From Telmatocola sphagniphila (GTDB lineage: Bacteria; Planctomycetota; Planctomycetia; Gemmatales; Gemmataceae), in the NCBI RefSeq assembly GCF_018398935.1, contig NZ_CP074694.1, forward strand, positions 1,740,001 to 1,772,000: a DNA stretch of 32,000 nucleotides, in the 5' to 3' direction. Below are positions 27,201 to 32,000 of this stretch, piece by piece; the stretch's first letter is position 1, and each line of letters starts with the position of its first letter. The position numbers were made by a program, and so were the translations under genes. The notes below the pieces were generated by a model. The model did not search any database. It was given only the letters and a program-made list of their open reading frames with translations, and was not told where the DNA came from.

Positions 27201-27615
27201 TGCCTTAACGGCTCTGCTGGCCATCGCGGAGGCTTGGGAAGCCATGAATCTTCGCGAACAGGCTCTGCCGATCTTTCAGGAAGCGAGAAACTATTTATTC
27301 GACGAGAAGTCCGCGGCTCAGGCATTGAAATATACACTGGTGGCGCGAAGCTATGTTGCGGCTTTAAGTCAATTGCCCGCTGCGAAAATGTTCGAACGGA
27401 TCGCAGAACTCTTCAGCCGGCTCGCTCCACTCCCGAATACGCAGACGCCGTCTCCTTTTTACTCCCGCCTGCACTTGTTGATTCTGGAGGAGACGATTCG
27501 AACATTGATCGGTGAGAATCAGGCGATCAGCCCCGAAGTAAGACGCTGGCTGGAAGACGATGAATTCCTGGTTCGCCAGAGAATTCATCGAGATATGCAA
27601 AAAGCCCTTCAATAG
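24241..27615 (+). CDS. 1124-aa protein: ~400-aa N-terminal alpha/beta region, Pro/Lys/Glu-rich linker, ~650-aa helical-repeat (TPR/HEAT-like) region (operon gene F)
   Basis: This is a long uninterrupted ORF with an ATGA-coupled start. The linker is SSRPKPPDRAPEVKTEQKKASPIVPKVEIVQKFLAEEIAPVVPQEEPEKN. The C-terminal two-thirds is dominated by amphipathic helices. I recognise no enzymatic motif. Confidence 0.85.
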   Translation: MILVFRTEAILRQALKLNLLPEAMLQGPLKYQRSPEGVLRLETLKKHFKKKSLDQLYPLGVSVEDDFPAEEILTTSQIWLLLNLEAAPQEIAQVADGAILFELDVLHEAQIVPELLRLGNDRIGYFPSRFEGEIVFFRVQSPPFYTLLRTVESQPGICRSYYEAAPNCWVRVGYRFEFAKRIRITAEELLLVNPGRDYRRIPKEPLIDVYERLEFEISGVPQPIQIEKVAEKIRIPLRLTDADAESDTSLWVFRGKEISAFEQWVQGENEATLARFLFGLGKAESDPVIIVQARPTKDFVPLLPEFPCERYRTYWKLPNLFLPVGKRLQPILRRDRIRELLLGNSQELVWLKALPDNNFQLESIHESSFYPLNDWVEYVLYRERQSLTEWMNSFTFDFEDYRLIEENSSRPKPPDRAPEVKTEQKKASPIVPKVEIVQKFLAEEIAPVVPQEEPEKNALKLELQRLEKAFLTLESPIESEDRQRLWPQIAELCAALNEVQDAGLCWVNAAWQLPEIPAEWLGMWKNAEHRVSWDPEDRWKNPLPENPSASELRMLAVEVLAALSSPVVSTSISARLTELMSYFEKYDSLLSVRTAWLLWQKMLTVAGKDILRLAKVRDRLLERLRISGLNLEKDLPMFLRYGEDKEGERLRGVRSNLETLRDNVRNWHKDTLAVNEPYIDLVFAFGMARLGQETTAQEYVQKASQKLAHREIVSKPKSKKDLVGPFLLKAFSYRIEQAIERKPTNNLFPEEFVLELLAIQAQSSTGNSLSSTEFYSIERFFELSWILSPNGAPDPYRKSKEQKPLLLELDKLLELRNPERMVERFKTLQTEASRQKDKIYRELLLFAKSLPLAAGMGEEFAVRILNQVPKLWDELRAVPETLASEYKIYAGENEIALLQQALLLAAHFNQVALAKELFLRLSNHLKKLNPANLYTSAQKIARSVVRGLRKLGLREELKKFIEQVYAQLVPKGDLAQARVSSGKDWPDALTALLAIAEAWEAMNLREQALPIFQEARNYLFDEKSAAQALKYTLVARSYVAALSQLPAAKMFERIAELFSRLAPLPNTQTPSPFYSRLHLLILEETIRTLIGENQAISPEVRRWLEDDEFLVRQRIHRDMQKALQ

Positions 27616-27617
27616 CA

Positions 27618-28487
27618 TCAGGGGCCGGCGGGCGGATTTTCGACCGGGGGAGCTACCGGCGCAATAGGTTGTGGTGCAACTGGTACCCCGTTCATAACCC
27701 CCGCCGCCGCGGCGATGCCGGGTTGACCGTCGTTGCGATTTTCCGGAATCATGGGGATTTGCGGAACCAACGTGTCGCCGTCGCGCAGTTTATCAGCCCG
27801 CTCCTCGGAAGTGATGTAGATCACGCCGCCGATGCGAACCGGTTTCAAGCCGGCCATTTCCGTGGCTAGTCGCAGGATGGTTTCCAGGGTGGCTTCTTCG
27901 AGTTCGAGCGTAATGGGAGTTTCGCTCGCTTTCGATTTCCTAGCCTTCAAATCGAGTACCATGTTCACGGAATATTTGGAACTGAGGGTTTTGATCAGAT
28001 CGGATAAAGGAGTCTCTTTGCAGGAAATTGGAATGTATTGTCGCATCTGGCGAGCGGCCAAGCCCTCTTCCGAACTGACCCAGATGGTATCGCCCACCAC
28101 CCCGAAGCTCAATTGATAAGCCAGCGTCAATTTTCGCAAGGCCTTACGCAAGGGCATGCCATCGGTTTCCAGGGATACAGTCAAACCTTCCATATCGCCG
28201 GGCTGTTGGGAAAGAAACGCCGTATCGAATTTGATTTTCGCGCCTGTCTGCTGCGAGAGATCGCTCAGAACCGCTTTCAATTCCATCTCGAGAAAAGAGC
28301 ATTTCACATTCTCCGAAAGTAACTTTTGCAGTTCTTCCGGAGTCTTTTCCTTCACTTTTGGGGCGGCAATCTTTGACTTGGCGGAATTTTTCTCCGGCGG
28401 CGGATAGCTGCCCTGAACGGGAGTCAGCGACACCATCCCCAGTATGGCCAGAACCAGAACTAGAGGGCGAAGAATCGGAATTCGCAT
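27618..28487 (-). CDS. Secreted protein with two tandem STN/secretin-N-like small domains and a Pro-rich C-terminal tail
   Basis: The signal peptide is MRIPILRPLVLVLAILGMVSLTPVQG. There is an internal duplication: LKAVLSDLSQQTGAKIKFD...LTVSLETDGMPLRKALRKLTLAYQLSFGVVGDTIWVSSEE versus LSDLIKTLSSKYSVNMVLD...ITLELEEATLETILRLATEMAGLKPVRIGGVIYITSEE. The tail is PVAPQPIAPVAPPVENPPAGP. Confidence 0.7.
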   Translation of the reverse strand: MRIPILRPLVLVLAILGMVSLTPVQGSYPPPEKNSAKSKIAAPKVKEKTPEELQKLLSENVKCSFLEMELKAVLSDLSQQTGAKIKFDTAFLSQQPGDMEGLTVSLETDGMPLRKALRKLTLAYQLSFGVVGDTIWVSSEEGLAARQMRQYIPISCKETPLSDLIKTLSSKYSVNMVLDLKARKSKASETPITLELEEATLETILRLATEMAGLKPVRIGGVIYITSEERADKLRDGDTLVPQIPMIPENRNDGQPGIAAAAGVMNGVPVAPQPIAPVAPPVENPPAGP

Positions 28488-28512
28488 ACAGGCTCCGCTT
28501 TCATTAAAAACA

Positions 28513-29487
28513 TTAAGGCTTTTTGAAATGATCGACGGCCGGTTTCAAAATGGTCAGAATATAAAGCGCGGCCCCCACATGGGTGGTATCCACCCAGTGA
28601 ATTTCCTGCTTGCCCGTTGCTTCCCATAATTTTTGGGCCATTTCCGGGGGCACGACGTCATCTCTTTTAGCCGCCACGATCAGCAAGTCGTGTTTTTTCA
28701 GATTCTCAGCATAAGTCAAGGGATCGGCCGGTTCCACTATTTTTTTCAGGTTCTCTTTCCCGATCAAACTGAGAATTGGCAGATACGGCTTTGCTTTGGG
28801 GTGCTGCCAATAGGAATCGACGATTCCCCCGCCCCCTAATAACAACGCAACCCGATGCAGGCGGGATTCGGATGCCGTCGTCAAACCGGTCATGAAGCTG
28901 CCCAGACTGGTGCCCAACATCCCCAGTCGTTTGGGGTCGATTTCTGGCTGCGATTCGAGCCAGGCCGCCGCGCAACGGCAATCCAGGACTGTTTGACGAA
29001 TGGCCGCCATCGTGTGATCGACATCCGGAGTCAGCAATTTCGGGCCATTAGGTGGTCGGCGTGGACCATAGTAAGCCATTTGAACGAACAGCGCTGCAAT
29101 TCCGTTTTGCGCAAAAAAGGTCGAGATACCGCGAGAGAGCTTCTGATCGCCGCCCAGCACATCCAGGACTATCACGCCCGGAAACGGGCCTGGCCCATCC
29201 GGCCGATAGTATTCCGCAAATACCGTATTGTTCTGAACGTGTTCGGATTTCACCGGCGATGGATAGGTCAATGTGTAAATTTGCACGCCACAGACGGGCA
29301 GATCCATCTTGGGCTGCAACTGGTATTCAAAGCAGTATTCCCCCAGTTTGTATCGATCGGCAACTTCTTTCTGATCCCCTTGAGGCGTAAAAGTCACCTT
29401 GCCACTTTTGGAATGCAATTCGCCAGCCAACACCGGGAAATAATGGGTCACATATAAAAGCAGACCCAGACTCAAAAGGTATTTCAT
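28513..29487 (-). CDS. Secreted alpha/beta-hydrolase (dienelactone hydrolase/prolyl-oligopeptidase-like)
   Basis: The nucleophile elbow is GTSLGS (GxSxG). A VAAKRDDVVP Asp region and a C-terminal TTHVG His are also present. I prefer the ATG at 29487 (MKYLLSLGLLLYVTHYFPVLAG, a signal peptide). The ORF-track start at 29721 would overlap the divergent ABC gene. Confidence 0.7.
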   Translation of the reverse strand: MKYLLSLGLLLYVTHYFPVLAGELHSKSGKVTFTPQGDQKEVADRYKLGEYCFEYQLQPKMDLPVCGVQIYTLTYPSPVKSEHVQNNTVFAEYYRPDGPGPFPGVIVLDVLGGDQKLSRGISTFFAQNGIAALFVQMAYYGPRRPPNGPKLLTPDVDHTMAAIRQTVLDCRCAAAWLESQPEIDPKRLGMLGTSLGSFMTGLTTASESRLHRVALLLGGGGIVDSYWQHPKAKPYLPILSLIGKENLKKIVEPADPLTYAENLKKHDLLIVAAKRDDVVPPEMAQKLWEATGKQEIHWVDTTHVGAALYILTILKPAVDHFKKP

Positions 29488-29705
29488 TCGAACATCCTGA
29501 TCGGAAGTATTGAGATCCCACAGGACGCGGGGGCCCACCGGAAATTGTCCATATTCTATGGTATGTCCATGCTGCATTGCAAGCTCGACATGAAACGGAC
29601 GGCTCTCAGAAATAGTCGCGTAGATTTCCAAAAGGCAATTCCAGCAAAAGCTACTGGAGAAAATACGCTTTTGAATCTTTTCAATTTCATATCCTACCCG
29701 GAAGG

Positions 29706-30683
29706 ATGAATGAACTCGCAAACAATCCGAAGCCGCCGATCCTGCACTTTGAACAGGTTTCCAAGTGGTATGGGGGAGTCATAGGCGTCAATCACGTCTC
29801 GCTTGAACTCAATAAGGGAATTACCGGGTTAGTCGGTGCCAATGGGGCCGGTAAGAGTACACTGCTTCGACTGGCCACTGGCCAATTGCGGCCCAATCTC
29901 GGAAAAGTCCAGATTCAGGGCATCGATGCTTGGAACTGGCAAGCCAAGCAGAAAGTTGGCTACTGTCCCGATAACGACAATTTCTACGAAGAGATGTCGG
30001 GCCGGGAATTCGTGCTAACGATGGCCCGTTTGTGCGGTTTTTCGGCTCCGCTGGCCAAATCCCGCACGGAGGAAGTTCTCGCTCAGGTCGGGATGGCGGA
30101 GCGAGCGGACCGCAAACTGCGCGGCTATTCCAAAGGTATGCGGCAGCGGGTAAAACTGGCCCAAGCTTTACTCAATGATCCGCAATTGCTGGTTCTTGAT
30201 GAACCACTTTCCGGCATCGATCCGATTGGTCGTAAAGAAATGCTGGACGTTTTCCGGAGTCTTGCGGAAGAAGGAAAGTGCCTACTGATTTCCAGCCACG
30301 AACTGGAAGAACTGGAAAAGCTCACCGATCATGTGGCCATCATGGCCCGGGGTCGGATTGCCGCCGTGGGCACGCTGACCCAAATTCGAGAATTGATCGA
30401 CGATCAGCCTCTTTCGGTACGAATCGACGCACCGAATATCCGACAACTGGCCGCGGCCTTGTTGCAACTCCCCGAGGTGGTGGGGCTCGATCTGGAACCG
30501 AAAATCTTGAAATCCGCGCAATCCCAAAGCCTGATCGTCTTCGTACGCCATCCGAAACGATTCTTTGAAGAATTTGGCAATCGCGTGCTGGAGAACAACT
30601 GGCAGGTCTCGCGGTTGGAGGCCCTCGACGATTCCGCGCACGCCGTGCTCGGTTATCTGCTGGGGGGCAGTGGCAAAACTTAG
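29706..30683 (+). CDS. ABC transporter ATP-binding protein (no adjacent permease)
   Basis: Walker A is GLVGANGAGKST, the signature is YSKGMRQRVKLAQAL, Walker B is LVLDEPLSGID, and the H-loop is ISSHEL. GGAAGG lies immediately upstream of the ATG. Confidence 0.9.
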   Translation: MNELANNPKPPILHFEQVSKWYGGVIGVNHVSLELNKGITGLVGANGAGKSTLLRLATGQLRPNLGKVQIQGIDAWNWQAKQKVGYCPDNDNFYEEMSGREFVLTMARLCGFSAPLAKSRTEEVLAQVGMAERADRKLRGYSKGMRQRVKLAQALLNDPQLLVLDEPLSGIDPIGRKEMLDVFRSLAEEGKCLLISSHELEELEKLTDHVAIMARGRIAAVGTLTQIRELIDDQPLSVRIDAPNIRQLAAALLQLPEVVGLDLEPKILKSAQSQSLIVFVRHPKRFFEEFGNRVLENNWQVSRLEALDDSAHAVLGYLLGGSGKT

Positions 30684-30687
30684 CCTA

Positions 30688-31740
30688 TCAAATCAGCGGT
30701 ACCTGCAATCGGTCCGCTTCTTTAACCAGTAATTCCCAAGTGCCTATTGGAATGGTAATCCCCTCCTTCAAGCGTTGAATCCGGGTCAGCCGCTCGGGAT
30801 CACCCGGCAGCGTGATGCCTTTCACGCCGGGAGCCGTCGGACAAGCTCGGACGTAATCGGTCAGCTTGCCCGATTCGAAGAGAAAATGTTCGATTCCTCC
30901 GAACATTTCGATGTTGAAGAGCACGAAGAGAACGGAGTTACCGAGCCCCGGTAATGGGGCTTCTGCCCGGCTGCACTCCCCACCGGACAAGCCACCCGCA
31001 AGTAGGTCCAGTAATAACCCCAGTCCAAACCCCTTGTAAGTTTGACTGCCGCCAAATGGTAAGATGCTGCCGCGATTTTTTTCATCGTAAATCGTGGCGG
31101 GATCGGTGGTTGGCTGCCCCTGCGAATCGAGCAGCCAACCTTCCGGCACCGCTTCCTTTTTCTGGAAGTACACACGCACTTTCCCCTCAGCCACGGCACT
31201 AGTACCGATATCCAGAACCACAGGATCTTGGGGAGTGGGCGCCCCAACGCAAAGAGGATTCGTGGAAATTCTTCCTTCGGTTCCGCCTGGCGGAGCTACG
31301 CGCCGACCACTGCCGTGAGAATTCACGGTGCCCAGAAAAGCCAGATTATTTTTCGCGGCCCATTCCGCATACTCACCGAGTCGCCCGGTATGGCCGCAAC
31401 GTCGTAAAGTTCCAGCCGCTAGGCCGATAGACTTCGCTTTGGGCAGGAGTCGATCGAGCAATCGATAAGCCTGCACTTGACCTAAACCCCAGCTGGCGTC
31501 AGCACTTAACATGGCCGGGGTCTCGGTCAGGATCTCCAATGGGCGATTGCAGGTGAGCTTTCCCTCCCGCAGATTGGTGAGATATTGCGGCACGCGCATG
31601 ACGCCGTGCGAGTCGTGTCCGCAGAGATTCGCATCGACCAAACTACGGCTAACTCTGTCGGCTTCCTCAGCAGGGACGCCCGCGGCTATAAAAAGATTCC
31701 TTGTGAAGTCTGTCAGAACGTCGGCTTGATAAAGAGGCAT
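30688..31740 (-). CDS. Ldh_2 family (malate/L-lactate/ureidoglycolate dehydrogenase-type) oxidoreductase
   Basis: CGHDSHGVMRVPQY and the later GGSQTYKGFGLGLLLDLLAG segment are typical of the Ldh_2 family. The ORF-track start at 31764 is a TTG, so I prefer the ATG at 31740 (MPLYQADVL...). Confidence 0.75.
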   Translation of the reverse strand: MPLYQADVLTDFTRNLFIAAGVPAEEADRVSRSLVDANLCGHDSHGVMRVPQYLTNLREGKLTCNRPLEILTETPAMLSADASWGLGQVQAYRLLDRLLPKAKSIGLAAGTLRRCGHTGRLGEYAEWAAKNNLAFLGTVNSHGSGRRVAPPGGTEGRISTNPLCVGAPTPQDPVVLDIGTSAVAEGKVRVYFQKKEAVPEGWLLDSQGQPTTDPATIYDEKNRGSILPFGGSQTYKGFGLGLLLDLLAGGLSGGECSRAEAPLPGLGNSVLFVLFNIEMFGGIEHFLFESGKLTDYVRACPTAPGVKGITLPGDPERLTRIQRLKEGITIPIGTWELLVKEADRLQVPLI

Positions 31741-31778
31741 GGGATATTTTCCAAACGAGAACAAGAACCGGGTGAAGC

Positions 31779-32000
31779 ATGTTGTATCAGGTTCAATCGG
31801 AAATTCGGAAGGCCGGAGATCGTACCGGCCCCGTGGTCACTTTGCAAAGCCCGTCGGGCGCCCGAGCCGAAATCTGGTCGGCCTGCGGTTTCAACTGCCT
31901 CAAGTGGGCCGTTGCTCCGGGGCGCGAAGCCCTGTTCGTCATGCCCGATTGGGAGTCTAATCCGGTGCCGACCCGGTCCGGCACGCCAATTTTGGCTCCG
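31779..32000 (+). CDS. Aldose-1-epimerase-like protein, N-terminal fragment running off the right edge
   Basis: It is not in the ORF track because it has no stop in the window. The ATG at 31779 gives MLYQVQSEIRKAGDRTGPVVTLQSPSGARAEIWSACGFNCLKWAVAPGREALFVMPDWESNPVPTRSGTPILAP. The pattern ..aEiw.a.GFNC..W.v ... PTRSG.PiL.P matches my recollection of planctomycetal aldose-epimerase N-termini. Confidence 0.5.
   Translation, partial: MLYQVQSEIRKAGDRTGPVVTLQSPSGARAEIWSACGFNCLKWAVAPGREALFVMPDWESNPVPTRSGTPILAP

Noticed and set aside
29488-29721. The long version of the hydrolase ORF (start at 29721), which overlaps the divergent ABC ATPase start (29706) by 16 nt.
   Set aside because: The extra 78 residues (…FCWNCLLEIYATISE…) precede a clear signal peptide that begins at the ATG at 29487. 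The shorter form restores a normal ~220-bp divergent promoter region.
1-32000. A search by eye for tRNA/rRNA genes, CRISPR repeat-spacer arrays, IS elements or transposases, integrases and long direct repeats.
   Set aside because: I saw none. Every intergenic gap is 348 bp or shorter, none has a tRNA-like T-arm (GTTCGAATC-type) context, and no periodic repeats occur. A computational scan (tRNAscan-SE, Infernal/Rfam, CRISPR finders, ISfinder) would be needed to be definitive.

Overview
This is a compact window, roughly 90% coding, with about 27 protein-coding genes. By eye I found no rRNA, tRNA, CRISPR array, transposase or integrase. Gene content suggests a Planctomycetota-type genome, but that is an inference only. 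It rests on the PPC-repeat secreted protein, the prenyltransferase-like/DUF4159 fusion, a choice-of-anchor-A protein with an N-terminal LESR motif, and several GT-C-like membrane proteins. Recognisable housekeeping genes are a class-I aminotransferase (DapL-like), an SDR oxidoreductase, uppP, a thioredoxin-like protein, canonical membrane ftsH, argJ, two ABC ATPases plus one ABC-2 permease, an Ldh_2-family oxidoreductase and a partial aldose-1-epimerase-like gene. The most interesting region is 19625-27615, a six-gene operon with overlapping start/stop codons. It encodes an NrdG-like radical-SAM activase with no glycyl-radical partner in the window, two proteins of unknown function, a transmembrane-less FtsH-like AAA+/M41 protease with a degenerate extra AAA domain, an 83-aa peptide and a 1124-aa helical-repeat protein. 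A 348-bp non-coding region and a divergent RHH/zinc-finger regulator lie upstream. I propose this as a candidate uncharacterised system for regulated proteolysis or conflict. All functional calls come from motifs read directly in the translations. No database searches were run.
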